From Octopus sinensis (taxonomy: Eukaryota), in the NCBI RefSeq assembly GCF_006345805.1, contig NC_042997.1, positions 12,090,001-12,154,000 of the forward strand: a stretch of 64,000 nt of DNA, written 5' to 3'. The notes below the pieces were generated by a model. That model was not told the origin of the DNA, did not search any database, and saw only the letters and a program-made list of their open reading frames with translations. This document shows, in pieces, positions 12,921 to 26,210 of this stretch (the first letter of the stretch is position 1; each line of letters begins with the position of its first letter). A program made the translations under genes and the position numbers.

Positions 12921-13771
12921 AAAGAGTGTTGCACGAAACGAAATAATAATCTATTAATATTCTTACAGTGATATCGAATATATGCCGAAAAAAGAAAAAC
13001 TCTTGTCAAATAAAAGACAAGAAAAGAAAGAAGAAAGAAAATGGTTAAAATATCTCCCTTTCGGCATCCATTGTCTGTGATGTGATATTACGTCTGTATA
13101 GCTATCAAGGAAGTGGCTGTCTTTGATTGTCCCAATATTGAATTCCAACTGCAGTAACTTTAGCGGGAAAGGCCCCCGAGGATTATTGGAATAGATAAGC
13201 TTATTCACACGTGAAAAAATCTCAAAGAGATGAATACTATGTGACTTCATCCGTTAACAGATTAGTATCCATCACAATAAAAATCATATCATTGAAATGA
13301 AAACAGCAGTGCTACATTTAATTTATACTTCTATTAACTTCAATATGAGTTATTGAGAATCTATCATACTTTAACTCGTACGTAGAAAATGTGACTATTT
13401 GAATTAAAAGAACCTTTTCTACGATTAAATCATATATATTTTTCGTTTATGAGTCTGTTTGTTTGCTTCACTACTTTTCGAAAGAAAATTAACTCTATTT
13501 TTCTTTACTTCATATAACTAAACTGAAGAACAGGGTAACAGGTTTACGTGGGAGAATGACCGGCGAGAAATAGTCGTCAGATTCCCCTCAAGCTACATCT
13601 AAACATTAAAAAAAAAAGATATAGCTTGGGCTCTGGATAAGTTGTCTGAAAATAAGACGCAATGGTCATGGTCAGAACGCTTTGGTTAAGTGTTTATTTC
13701 ATCATACTTGATTTACTGTTAAATAATTGATTGCCACCAGTACTTGAATATTACTTCAATTTATAGATTCC

Positions 13772-14002
13772 GGTGGAGGCGCGTGGCTTAGTGGTTAGGG
13801 TGTCAGCATCATGATCATAAGATTGTGGTTTCGATTCCTGGACCGGGCGACGCGTTGTGCTCTTGAGAAAAACACTTCATTTCACGTTGCTCCAGTCCAC
13901 ACAGCTGGCAAAAATGAGTAACGCTGCGATGGACTGGCGTCCCGTCCAGCTGGGGAATACATACGTCATAGAAACCGAGAAACCGGGCCTATGAGCCTGG
14001 AT
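13772..14002 (+). mobile_element. tRNA-derived CORE-type SINE
   Basis: Head ggaggcgcgtggcttagtggttagggtg, B box ggtttcgattcc, CORE-like cttgagaaaaacacttcatttcacgttgctccagtccac. Confidence 0.8.
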
Positions 14003-14482
14003 TATTTATAGACTCCGGCGAGATGAATTGAACGCTGACCTCAGTGATATTTGAACGTGGATCGTAGTTGGCATGAGAAAGCACCGCAAGGAATATCTCC
14101 GAAGCTTTGATGGTGCTGCCAACGTTAGAGATAAATAATAACTTCAAATTAAGGCACAAAGCCAACAGTTTTGAGGGGAGGGAATTAATCGAATAAATCG
14201 ACCTCAGTATGTAGCTGGTACTTTATTTTATAAAACTATGAGAAACTATAGGGAAATTTGCATATGGGATTCGAACACATCTCCAAAATTTTTACAGACA
14301 AGGTCGATTTTCAAAATCTTAATATCAAAACAAATACAGGTTTAACAATGATTATTATATTTGTACATCAACCAAATCAGATATATCTAATAATGGAAAC
14401 GATAATGTTTCAAATCACTCCAAAAATGTTTCTTCCCTCGTTCGTTTTGGCGATGAAATTTTGCAGAAAGATTTACCCTTTT

Positions 14483-14868
14483 ACTCTTTTACTTGTTTCA
14501 GTCATTTGACTGTGGCCATGCTGGAGCACCGTCTTTAGTCGAGCAAATCGACACCAGAACTTATTCTTTGGAAGCCTAGTACTTATTCTATCGGTCCCTT
14601 TTTTACCGAACCGCTAAGTTACGGGAATGTAAACACACCACCATCGGTTGTCAAGCGATGTTGGGGGAACAAACATAAACATATACACACATATATATAT
14701 ACATATATATGACGGGCTTCTTTCAGTTTCCGTCTACCAAATCCACTCACAAGGCTTTGGTCGGCCCGATGCCATAGTAGAAGACACTTGCCCAAAGTGC
14801 TACGCAGTGGGACTGAACCCGGAACCATGTGGTTGGTAAGCAAGCAACTTACCACACAGCCACTCCTG
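14483..14868 (-). mobile_element. tRNA/CORE SINE family C with internal (TA/TG) tract and CR1-like 3' tail
   Basis: Head gcaggagtggctgtgtggtaag...gggttcagtccc; tail cggtgctccagcatggccacagtcaaatgactgaaac followed by (aaaagagt)n. Confidence 0.8.
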
Positions 14869-15469
14869 CAAAGTGTTTTCATTGCCTCATCTCATCAAAA
14901 CAGTTGAGGAGTGTACTTTACCCACTGTACACCCTGTTCTTGAGCCTATTCTACTAGGGTGGGTAAAAATTATTTTATACCATAGAAATATATGCAGGAG
15001 CAAAAGGTTGACAACGGACCGCGTTCAGTGAAACGCAAATAGCGATTTTACTTTGTTATAGGATCGCAATGTAATTCTTCAAAATTATAACATACTAGTA
15101 TAATATTAAAACAGCGTGTTAGAGAATAATTAGTAATTACATTAGTTAGCGATCAATTTCTTGATATTCACATAGTAATTAAACGCAGTTATTTTAATTA
15201 TTGCAAGTATCAATATAAATTTTGAAATACCAGTTTTCTTTATTTTTAAATTTTAATTAGTATTGTCTCGTTGTTGAAGATTGAAACTTTGAATACGATT
15301 CTGCAATATTGCTGGAAATGACATCTGTCAATATCCTGTAGGCTTTTCTTTAAAATCTGTTAAAACTTCGTAACCTAGCGGCAAAAATTTTCTATCTGTT
15401 CAGTGAAAGGGAAAAACAGAAGAAAAAAAAGCCACACGTGTTAACCGTCTCAACCAATTGTAAACAATA

Positions 15470-15479
<10 letters not shown>

Positions 15480-15506
<27 letters not shown>

Positions 15507-16275
15507 TTTTGCACGATGCCAGCAAGTTTGGGGGAGGATGTAAGTTGATTATAGCGACCTCAGTGTTTAAGTGGCACTTATTTTATCGAACTCGACAGGA
15601 TGACGGGTAAAGTCGGCGGAATTTGATTAAAGAAAAAAATAATAATCTTTTCTACTATAGGCGCAAGGTCTGGATCTTTGGGGAGGGGTTTAGTCGATTT
15701 CAGCAACCCCAGTGCTCAACTGGTACTTAATTTATCGACACCGAAAGGATGAAAGGCAAATTCGAAATCAGCGGAATTTGAACTCAACATACCGATGGGT
15801 GACATACTGCTAAGCATTTCTCCAGCGTGCTTTAATAATGACAATCATAATCATAATAATTATTTCAAATTTTTGCCACGAGGGCAGCTTGGAGGAGGTG
15901 GGGGATAAGTCGATCACATCGACTCTAGTGTTCAACTGTTTCTTATTTTATCGACCCCGAAAGGATGAAAGGCAAAGTTGAACTCGGTGGTATTTGAACT
16001 CAGATCGGAGCGACGGGCGAAATAACTACTGAGCATGGCGTTCAGCGTGGTAACGTATCTGCCATCTCACGGCCTTATAACAATACTACTACTACTGCTG
16101 CTGCTGTTGCTACTACTAGTACTGCTACTACTACTACTACTACTACTAATAATAATAATAATAATAATCCTTTCTACCCTAGACACAAGGCCTGAAATTT
16201 TGTGAGTGAGGATAAGTCGATTACATCGACCCCAATGCTAACTGGTACTTAATTTATCGACCCCGAAAGAATGAC
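15480..16275 (-). mobile_element. Cluster of 4-5 decayed family A SINEs interleaved with (AAT)n/(ACT)n
   Basis: Repeated cctttctacta...aggcctgaaat...tcgaccccgaaaggatgaaaggc blocks. Confidence 0.75.
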
Positions 16276-16721
16276 AGCAGAATTTGAATACTGCAGTCAC
16301 CAATTACCACTAGAGATCGAGATGTTCCCACGAAAACCTCTGGACATCTGAAGAAATTCAGCTGTTTTTCCCCTGTTGGAGCAGAAACAGCGACCTGTCT
16401 AAGAGTACTCCTCTTGCTACTGTTCGTATTCATGGTCACCAATTTACCTTTTGAGTCAAGTAAGGTGGCCCATATCTTGAGATCAAAATGTCCCCGAAAC
16501 TACACACCAGTTATACCCCACCATTCCCTGTTGACAGAGATAAATAAGTAAATCTTGTACGCGCAGAAAATAGACATGAAAGCTTGTCAACTGGAAGCTG
16601 TGGTCTCACTGACAGCCACGACATATATACTTAATAACCTGAGGTCAATGTATAGGCGGCCCTGCCTCCAAGGCGACCCCAGGACGCCTGCATTTATACT
16701 GGCGATTCGGAGCAAGGTCAT
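16275..16721 (-). mobile_element. Tx1-like LINE ORF2 N-terminal AP endonuclease (pseudogene)
   Basis: ATG at 16721: MTLLRIASINAGVLGSPWRQGRLYIDL...VVAVSET...VAVSAPTG...FFR...LVVIGD; truncated by a SINE. Confidence 0.8.
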
Positions 16722-17199
16722 GTTTGCCAGAAAGACGAAGAGCAAAGAGAATACCTACTCTATTTCTGTGGAGAGAAATGTGTTCTGCCGTTCTCTATCG
16801 ACAAGCATTGCTTTAGTGTCCTTTGTTTATGGTCCCAAGGGAATCTTCCATTCCTTTGGGTTATTTTCCTTGTAGTTTGTTGCGTTGTATTTATAATTTT
16901 TAAATGAATACATGTATTATGGGGAGATGCGATATATTTGTTTAGAATAATGTCTGTCTATTTTGGAATGTTTTATTAAGTTTTGTTTTTGTGACTATTA
17001 TCGTGTTATTGATGATGCCTTGGGAGCGACTGCTATATCTTTGTCTGGATTGCTATATGTTTTCATGTGTTGAGGTGTTTGTAATGGTGGTGTTTCTAGT
17101 GTTGGAAATGTTTCCATTTGTATGGTGTAGAGCGTGTGTATGTGTGATGGCTTGCTGCTTTCTGTTTCTCTTTCTCTAGTCTCTTTCGCTCTAGTTTTG

Positions 17200-18240
17200 T
17201 ACCGTGCTGTTCATTTTGAATTTTTACTTTGTTTTACCTTTCACCAAGATCCATTCTGGTGTTTTTTTCCAAACTATTTTCCTCGGTAGACGAGTTTTCA
17301 CGGTATGAGAAATGTGTGGAAAGTGTAGCGGTATGTCTGTACAGTCGTGCATTTCTAAATTGGTGATCTTGTTGGCTTGGCGGGTGGGTCTTCTTTCGGT
17401 TGCGAAGCTGCAGGTGATGTTGTTTTTCTCGGGTTTGGTGTCGGTGCTTGCTGCTTATGTTGTTTAATGAATCTATTCTGCTGCTCCTTTATTTGTTGTT
17501 GAATTGGACGCTGCCGTTCTTGACATTGATGTTGCTGTTGGTGCTGCTTCTGTTGCATTTTATGCTGATGCTGTGTTAGAGGCGTCTGCAGTGGCAATAA
17601 TATTCCTTTTCTGTGCATAGGCAGAAAGTCTTTAAGTGGTTTGTCTCGTCACAAATGTGGCATGTGGACTTTATATTCTCGACTGTTACAAATAGCTGTG
17701 TATCATGAAGAGGTTGATCAGATCAGGGATAGCTTCGATATGTCCTCATCGAAGTATATCAATGATTCGATTCCTATAATTGACTCATTTTCCTTACCCA
17801 GTTTGTGCAATTGGAGAATTATTATTGTATTCTCTCTGCCTTATAATACAACTGCCACCAGCAAAGTAATGTCCACTTCTGGTGGTACTTCTTCCATGTT
17901 TATTTTCACCACACTCCGTTCAAGGTATATCGGAATTATCCACAAATCTCCAACTTGGAGGGCTTTTTTTGCACATTCTTGGGCTTTTTCTTCAGTTGGG
18001 TATCTCAACTCAACTGTACCAAAGTGCTTCCAATGGGCGACAGTTTTTATCTCTTAGATTGATCTTAAGCATTTTTAGATGTAGGCATGTGTTTCTCGTG
18101 CCAGTCTCCTTGTTTTTGATGAAATACACTTGTAGACAATAGTTTTTTTTTTCAGTAACTTCTGGTTTTTTTGTGTATTTACAAATATTTTCTCCCATTC
18201 TTTGGCAGGAGCGCTTTGGCGTCACTTAACGTTTTCCCGA
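17200..18240 (-). mobile_element. Tx1-like LINE ORF1 with gag-type zinc knuckle (pseudogene)
   Basis: CHICDETNHLKTFC (CX2CX4HX4C) at 17662-17621; upstream GTVELRYPTEEKAQ...VPPEVDI; same orientation as the downstream APE. Confidence 0.75.
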
Positions 18241-18777
18241 CAGGTCAATTCTCACTAGACAAAATGGTGGTGGGGTGGTGGTGGTGGCGGATTTGCTGTT
18301 ACATCTGGCCGTGGTGGTAGCAGTGTTCTTGCTAGTAGTGTTCTCGCTTTTTGCTGACATTTTTCACTTTTTTATGGTTCCCTTAATGGTGATGGTTGTG
18401 TTGAAACTTTTAGTAGCAGATACTTAGCTTCATACTTTTCCCGAGCTGTGTTGTTCTTGCTACTGCAGCTGTTACTTTTGTAACTGCTGCTACTTCTCTC
18501 ACTGATTTTTACGATTTCACTGTTCCGTTCAGCGGCCGTGTTTGCTAAACAATTATAATTTAGCCCCTCAGGCTACAAGGAGAGAAATCTAACCAGCTCC
18601 TTAAAGTTTTGGTTAGGTTAACTATAAAACCATAACAGATGTTCAATATATAATTTTGTATAATAGAAATAATAATAATGCAAATCAGTAGGAAAATAAC
18701 AATATTTTATCCTTTATATATATTCCGTTCAGTATCTATGCGTTGAATAAAATTTATTTTCTACTTGTTCTACAATA

Positions 18778-18820
<43 letters not shown>

Positions 18821-18824
<4 letters not shown>

Positions 18825-19387
18825 GCCCTGATGCAGTAAATGCCCTGATGCAGTACCAGGCAGTGGCTCTCATGGCTTCTGATCTTAACTGATTGGAAGT
18901 GTTATCATGTACATTGTTTTGTCTTGGTATAAAAGATGGGCTACAGCAAATATTCTGCTCAATACAGATTTGCTTGTCAGGTTTGACCTTAACCAGTTGA
19001 GCATGTCCTTAGTGGCTGACGATATGTGCATCTCTGATCACGAGCAGAAGTAGTGGGGGAGCATCATAGCCATGTGTTGAGAGGGATTCTTTGGGGTTTG
19101 AATATTCACCTCTGGAAACATGGGTGCTTCATTCAACATCCTTAAACAACCCTTATTCAGGGACCGTTGAGCGGATGGGCTACTCAACCTGAAGAAAATT
19201 CTAACTGGGCCCCACCTGCAAGGTCATGTGCTGTTTATCTTGATATGAGATCACCATGTCGCGCACATATGGTTGTGATGCATGTGCCTGGTGTACCTTT
19301 ATCAGACGGGTAGTCATGATGGGTATATTGGGCTTCGTATATTTTACCCCAGTGTCACTTTGATGGCATGAACTGCTCTCTCACTCA
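18821..19387 (+). mobile_element. ~567-bp non-coding interspersed repeat in (AAT)n (copy 1), 17-nt tandem duplication at the 5' end
   Basis: (AAT)n on both sides; aaatgccctgatgcagt twice at 18821-18854; matches 7192-7738. Confidence 0.8.
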
Positions 19388-19404
19388 ATAATAATAATAA
19401 TAAT

Positions 19405-20337
19405 TTGGATGAAAAAGTTAAGTTCAGTAGTTGCCATAAATTGATCGCCGAGCAATTTAATGCATTGATTAATGGAGAAGAAAAAATCTCGGAATTGTTG
19501 ACAGAAGGACGAACGGTGTTGTGTCTGAAGGATGCATCAAAGGAAAATGCTGCTGACACAGAGCAATTTCCTGCCTCTCATTAATTTGGAAGTTACTGTC
19601 TAGAAGAATTGCAGAAGAACTGTATAAATTTCTCGATGAGAGCGATATATTACCTACGGAAGAAAGAGACTGTTGAAGGAGCTGCAGAGGTACAAAAGAT
19701 CAACCATTGATAGACAAAATGGTAGTGCAAAATAGTAAACGAAAGAGAACAAACCTGGGAATGGCCTGGATTGACTGTCACAAAGCTTATAATATGATTC
19801 CACATTCGTAGATCACTGAGTGCTTAGACCTGTTTCGAACTGCGAGGAAAGTAACGTGTTTCCTGAAGAGAAGTATGGTGGGATGGAAAACTGAACTGAC
19901 ATCTTACGGAAAAAAGCTTGGGTATCTTGGATATCAGAAGGGGTATTTTCCATGGTAATAGCCTTTCTCGCTTGCTTTTTGTTCTCTGCATGATACCCCT
20001 GACAATGAACTTGGGGTACCAACTAAAGGGAAAATCCCAAACAATCAACCACATCATCTTCATGGATGATTCAGACAAAGATGAGATACAAGTGAGTTCC
20101 CAGGTTAACACGGTTCACTGTTCTAGTACTAATATTAGAATGGAATGTGAACTCAAGAAGTGCGGAATAATCTATCTAAAACGAGGCAAAGTACAGTCCC
20201 TGGCAGGGACAGAATTATCGAATAGAGACTTGATTAAACATATTGAAATAGAAGGATACGAATACCTTAGTGTTCTGGAGTTCAACGAGATAATGGAAAA
20301 AGAAATGAAAGAGCAACTGAGAATGGAGTATTTCCGT
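19405..20337 (+). mobile_element. Dong/R4-clade RT fragment (pseudogene)
   Basis: [70 protein letters not shown]. Confidence 0.85.
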
Positions 20338-21250
20338 GCGACCAGAGTTAGGGTGGATGAAATTCTGCCAGAGATAGATGTGGCCTGGATAGCAGCCGCT
20401 GACCTTCTGGGAAATGAGGACAACATAGTGGTTCTCCAGGCCACAAAAACGTAAAGTTTTATATGAAAGGAACAGATATTGGACATGAATATTCAAGGTT
20501 CAACCGAAACCCTAGAAAACCTTACAGAAACAATAATTATGGACGACGTGATAATGAGGGTGAGGGTGGAGGGCAGAATTTCTTGATGCCTTAAATGTGG
20601 CCTGAATGGCCACATCAGAGCGGACTGTCCTTCAACGATCAAAAACACAGAGTAGATACAAGAGGAGGAGCCCCAGAAAGAGGAAGAAAATAAAGAGGAA
20701 GAAAATATCAACAGAAGTAGAAAAGAAAGAAACAGACAACGAATGGGAGACTATAGGAAAAAGTAACAAGAGAAAGAGACAAAAACCTAAGCCTCATAAT
20801 CATCCAACTCCCACCCACACCCTCTTCGACCTACAGAGACCAAACCTGCCCATCCCCCGCTGACACAGAAAAATATACAAACAGACAAGAACTCTCAAAC
20901 TCCCCCCCCACCCCGACAAAAAAGAAAGAAAAATGCCACGCAGTCATGTATGATGACGCAAATGAAAAACTTTGCAAAGAAGTGTCATCTTGGGAAGACT
21001 TTAAAGCAACTGAAACAACGAATTTTGACAGCATTAAGGCTTGGTATTGTTGCGCGTTGTGCTCGGATAAACAGAAAGAAAAATAACAAGATACAAAAGT
21101 GGATATAGGTACTGGGAGGTGAAATTGGATTGGGACGAATTACGACAGTATTCCACATATGAAGAAGTGGTGGAAGAATTTGGAATCGATATTCAAGCGG
21201 GAACGAAGTTTAAAAGGTATAAATGAAGCTGCTATGAAGTAGTGCAGAGT
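20338..21250 (+). mobile_element. Tx1-like ORF1 fragment with zinc knuckle abutting the Dong RT
   Basis: RVRVDEILPEIDVAW (cf. VPPEVDI at 17.9 kb); CLKCGLNGHIRADC at 20587-20628. Confidence 0.7.
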
Positions 21251-21384
21251 GGCTTCATTCCATTTTTCATTTCACTTTCCATGTCACTTTTTTAAACGTT
21301 GGTTCTAATTTTTTTTCTCTGCTTCCATGTCCCCACATGTGTAGTATCCCCTCTATGTTCGCCCCTTCGTGGGTAATAAAGAAA

Positions 21385-21710
21385 TTAGAAACGTTAGCAC
21401 ACCAGGCGAAATACATTGCGGTATTTCGTCTGTCTTTACGTTCTAAGTTTAAATTTCGCCGCGGTCGACTTTGCCTTTCATACTTTCGGGGTCGATAAAT
21501 TAAGTAGCAGTTGCTTACTGGGGTCGATCTAATCAACTGGCCCCCTCACCCAAAATTTCGAGCCTTGTGCCTAAAGTAGAAAAGAATCCTTAGCTCACCG
21601 GGCGAAGTGATTAGCAGCATTTCGTTTGTCACTAACGTTCTGGGCTCAAATTCCACTGAGGTCAACTTTGCCTTTCATCCTTTCGGGGTCGATAAATTAA
21701 GTACCAGTAA
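21385..21710 (+). mobile_element. Family A SINE copies
   Basis: Body and tail matches. Confidence 0.7.
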
Positions 21711-21714
21711 AATA

Positions 21715-22250
21715 AAGGCCCTAACACCAAATGCAAAATGTGCAACAATGAGATAGTTGACAGCATCATCTCCGGTTGCCCAGTCCTAGCCAAGTCTACA
21801 TTATATACAGACATGGCCGCGTAAATAACTATATCCACTGGACAATATGCCAACACTACAATATAAAATCTAACGAGAAATCGTATTAACGCGTGCTAAA
21901 CAAGGTACACGACAATGACCAGGCTACGAACATCTGGGATATGCCAGTTCAAAGTGATAAAGAAATCAAAGCTAATCCCCCAGACATAATAATCAAGGAA
22001 AATAAACACATTCTGAACAAAATATTTCTCGAACAGAAGTGAAGTACAAAGATCTCGATATTGAAGTATTCAAGATATGGGGCATGTAGGTGAAAACAAT
22101 ACCATCAAGGACTGAGGCGTCGGTTATGTTAATACAAAAGGTATGAATTAAAACTTAGAAGCTATATCTGGACAGTCAACACTAAACACTATCCAGAAAA
22201 TTGCCTTGCTAGAAGCAGCACAGATTCTACACAAAATACTATTAATTTAA
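21715..22250 (+). mobile_element. Dong/R4-clade C-terminus (CCHC finger plus restriction-like endonuclease), decayed
   Basis: CKMCNNE...IISGCPVLAK, WDMPVQSDKEIKANPPDIIIK, KYKDLDIE, IQKIALLEAA. Confidence 0.75.
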
Positions 22251-22547
22251 GAGTACAACCCACAAACAATGGGCACACCACACTATACAGTAAATATCAA
22301 ATGAACTGAACAACCTCCACAACATGTATTCTACAGGTCGGATACGCAACAAAAGAACACAGCTTGCCTTACTCACACAATACAATACAAACACTCATAC
22401 AGCAAACAAAAAAAAAAAACACAAGCGAAACCCCATAACAAGACAAACTGATCCAATGGAACACCGGGAATGTTTTGTCCTCTCCTAAATAAAACAAAAC
22501 CAAAAAATTAAAGAAAAGAAAAATCGAGAACATATTGCTGCACATAC

Positions 22548-22588
22548 TTCAGCAATGCTGTGTAGCAGATGATGCTGTAGAAATTTGC
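22548..22588 (-). other. Candidate small exon (41 nt)
   Basis: Minus-strand acceptor gtagtttcAG and donor GAA|GTATGT; frames ANFYSIICYTALL and KFLQHHLLHSIAE are open. Confidence 0.2.
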
Positions 22589-23618
22589 CTGAAACTACCA
22601 AATGTTGAACAGAAATTATAATAATGATAAAAATCATTAGAAGTTAAGGTCGTATTTCACACACACACACACTCACCCAAACATACATATATGCAGGAAA
22701 AGTTGTGCAATATATAATTTATAGAGAACCATGTAAAGAAAAAAATTCATGATAGAAATATAGAAGATAAATTTATATAAAAATACCCCGTCTCACGCAC
22801 CTACACACAACAGAAAAAGAATCATAACGAATGGTTAAGTAAATATTATAACAGGGAATTGTATGTAACTGAATGTCAGAGTAGAAAGTAGAAGAAATGT
22901 TTGGTTAAAAAATATAGAAATAGAACTCACAGATTGATAGTGGATTTATAACTATATAGTAGTTATAGTGTGAAGGATAACCTGGACAAGCCTTCGGTTA
23001 TCGGATAATTACTTCAATTTATAGTGTTTCAGTAATATTCCCCTGACAGAAATTGAACAGTACAGGAAATAATCCATCAACTGTCAAGCAGAAAATGCAA
23101 TTTGTAATTCTACCCTCAATACACATTTCATGTGAGAACAACCAAGGCATAGAAATAAAATCTACTAATTTAATTTTTGTTTGTTCTTTTTCTTTCAATA
23201 CCGACTAGAATTTACTCTTTTCTCTTTTATTTGGTTTCATTTTGTTTACAAACTAAAGCCTCACAGCACTTTACTAATCTTTTGTTCTAGAAATACAACT
23301 GGGCAATTTGGTAGATTGTCAAGCTACCTCCCAAAAAGTTAATGGTTCGTATCTTGACACTACGCTACGTCGATAGTAAAAAGGCCCAAATCTTATTGAT
23401 TGCATCTATTTACCTGTTAGCGAGTATCATATTTAAATATCATTTCATATGATTAATCATTATTTCATTCACTTTATGATTATGTTTAAACCGTAGCATG
23501 GCTATAATTATGAGAGATTGGTAAATCGGGTTAACTTGTCTGAGATGCATTACTTAAATATGAACATTTCATTAATGTTTCATTATATTTTCTGCTTTTG
23601 TTTTTTTCGCGACGTTAG

Positions 23619-23627
23619 AGAAAGAAG
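23619..23627 (+). other. Candidate 9-nt microexon AGAAAGAAG
   Basis: Long U-rich tract ttttctgcttttgtttttttcgcgacgttAG, then AAG|GTAAGC consensus donor; frame-preserving. Confidence 0.3.
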
Positions 23628-23744
23628 GTAAGCGTCAAGAACTGTCCCAGGCTTACGAGACTCGCGAAGGAAAGAGATGAAATTGTCCTAAAATAATCAT
23701 GAAAAAGGATGTGGCACGAATGCGTGTAATTGTGTGAAATCTTT

Positions 23745-24068
23745 TAATCGCGCCCCGTCGGTTACGCAACGAGTGTTTTGGTTGATAAGATCAAAAGAAC
23801 AGCTTCCTCGTTAAATTAGCGCCCAAGTGGCTGAGCAATCCACAGATATGCATACACTTAACGTAGTTCTCAGGGAGATTTAGCATGATTCAGAGTGTGA
23901 CAAGGCAAGACGTTTGAAATACAAACACAGCTAATTTTTGTCGGCTGAGTTAACTGGAATAACGAGAAATAAAGTGTTTTTCTCAAGGATACAATACGCT
24001 GCTGAGAATCGAACTCATGACTTCACGATCGTAAGGCGAATATCCGAGACACTGGGTCACGCGCCTTC
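23745..24068 (-). mobile_element. tRNA/CORE SINE with long tail
   Basis: Same architecture as 2340-2662. Confidence 0.7.
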
Positions 24069-24409
24069 GCTGAAGTCTTTCAAACACTCTCAGTAACAAA
24101 GAGCTGTATGTACATGGGTTTTCACTTCGAGTCTTCAAACACTCTCAGTAACAAAGAGCTGTATGTACATGGGTTTTCACTGATATGGGTTTGGTTAAGC
24201 GGGGGCTATAATGGAAGGCTCTTCTTCAATGTGCTATGTTATAAGACCAAACCAAAGCCATATAGTAGCGAACAACTCTTCTTAATCACGCAGTCATACT
24301 TGCACACAAATACATACCCCCACACATATACACAAACATATGCATACACACACGCTTCTATATGTAAGTAGATATTTACATGTGTGTGTGTATATATATA
24401 TTTCTTTGC

Positions 24410-24582
24410 TAAGGGGTTAAACACAGAGGGGACAAGCAAGGACAGACAAACGGATTAAGTCGATTACATCGACCCCAGTGCAAAGTCGATATCGGCGGAA
24501 TTTGAACCCGGAACGTAACGGCAGACGAAATACGGCTACGCATTTCGCCCAGCGTGCTAACGTTTCTGCAGCTCGCCGCCCT
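24410..24582 (-). mobile_element. Family A SINE (internally deleted)
   Basis: Head at 24582, tail 1 at 24410. Confidence 0.75.
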
Positions 24583-24815
<233 letters not shown>

Positions 24816-24852
24816 AATTGATCAAAATAAAAAACATGATGCGAAGGATTCA

Positions 24853-24930
24853 GCGGTACATATGTTTCGGGTCTTTATTAGACAGATTTATAACAATGCA
24901 TAATGTATGTCTGTGGCCTTCTTCAGCCGC
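24853..24930 (-). ncRNA. Inverted copy of the same hammerhead ribozyme
   Basis: Identical core on the minus strand; one substitution in stem II (agaccc versus aggccc). Confidence 0.7.
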
Positions 24931-25244
24931 GCACAACAGCTTCCACAAGGACATGTGTTACATCAAAAATTCTTGGTTGGGGATGCAAATCCTCCCATTC
25001 GCGTACGACATAATGCGGCAGCAGCATAGAATTGAAGCGTCCATCTCTTTCTTCTCTCAATGTAGGATGAGGAAAAATGGATGTTGAAGTAATGTAAATA
25101 AATAAATACATGTATATACGTGAAGATGGAGGGGCGAGAATTCAGGACGAAGGATAAAAAATGTATAAAAAGTGTAAGTATAGAAAAATATAAAAATGTA
25201 GAGCATAAAGATATAAAGAGATATAAGGAGATGTAAAGGGGTAT

Positions 25245-26210
25245 TAAACCACAAGTACCCAAAATTACTATTAAAGACCATAAGAAAGACTTCCCAGATA
25301 ATGTAGGAGTACGATTAATCTGTCCGACTAAATCGGATATCGGCAGACTTAGCAAGACTATCCTGGACAAGGTGATCCCACACATCAAACCCCACATCCC
25401 ACTCCAACTATGGATTAACACCGACGATGTGCTAGAATGGTTTAACACTATCACCAATAGGCCCGACTACTCATTCATCCAATTCGACATAGCTAACTAC
25501 TACGCCAGTATATCCCCCATCTTACTTAACAAATCCCTTATATTTGCCCGCAACCTTTCACTCATAGACAGAGAAAAAATTGACATAATACTATTAGCTA
25601 GAAAAACCATAATAGAATTCGACGGTAGACTCTGGACCAGATCCGATACCCCCGACAATTTTGATGTGGCTATGGGCTCGAACGATTCAGCTCAGGTGAC
25701 TGACTTGGTCGGGGCCTACCTGCTCAAGAAGCTTTTCTCCGAGGTACCGGATCTTCAGGGGGGTCTATACAGAGACGACGCTCTCTTCATATACCCCACC
25801 AACAATAGGAGTAAACTAGCAAGAATTAGGAAAAAGATCAGGCTTTTTTTCAAATCCTTCAATCTTAAACTAGAATTTATGACCAATACTAAAATAGTAA
25901 ACTTCTTAGATGTTACGTTAGACTTGAATAAGCACCTCACCACCCGTATAGGAACCCGAAGAAACTACCAAATACATCCATACCTCTTCCAAACATCCAC
26001 CCTGTATAATTAGCACACCACGGTCCAAGCCATCTCAACAGACTGAAAAAACTATCCTCTAATAGAGAAATTTTCAATAATCACGCACAACACTACAACC
26101 AGGCTCTCTATAGTGCCGGGTATAACCAGAGAATATCATATGTAGACCACCCGGGAGCGTCCGTCTGCCATAAAACTCCCAATTATAATCGAACTCAGCA
26201 CTCAACTCAC
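25245..26210 (+). pseudogene. Penelope-like reverse transcriptase (frameshifted after ~25960)
   Basis: KITIKDHKKDFP...RLICPTKSDIGRLSK, FIQFDIANYY, FDVAMGSNDSAQVTDLVG, GLYRDD, NFLDVTLDL, then YIHTSSKHPP and RLKKLSSNREIF in shifted frames. Confidence 0.92.

Noticed and set aside
12389-12971. Long ORFs rich in YI/CV/HT (also at 1.1-1.8, 27-30, 42-46, 55-58 and 62.5-63.3 kb)
   Set aside because: Translations of (TA)n, (CA)n, (ATT)n and (GATA)n microsatellites.
13772-13850. Functional tRNA genes at SINE heads (also 48207, 41487, 51580)
   Set aside because: They continue into SINE bodies and tails, lack proper acceptor stems, and one has a target-site duplication.
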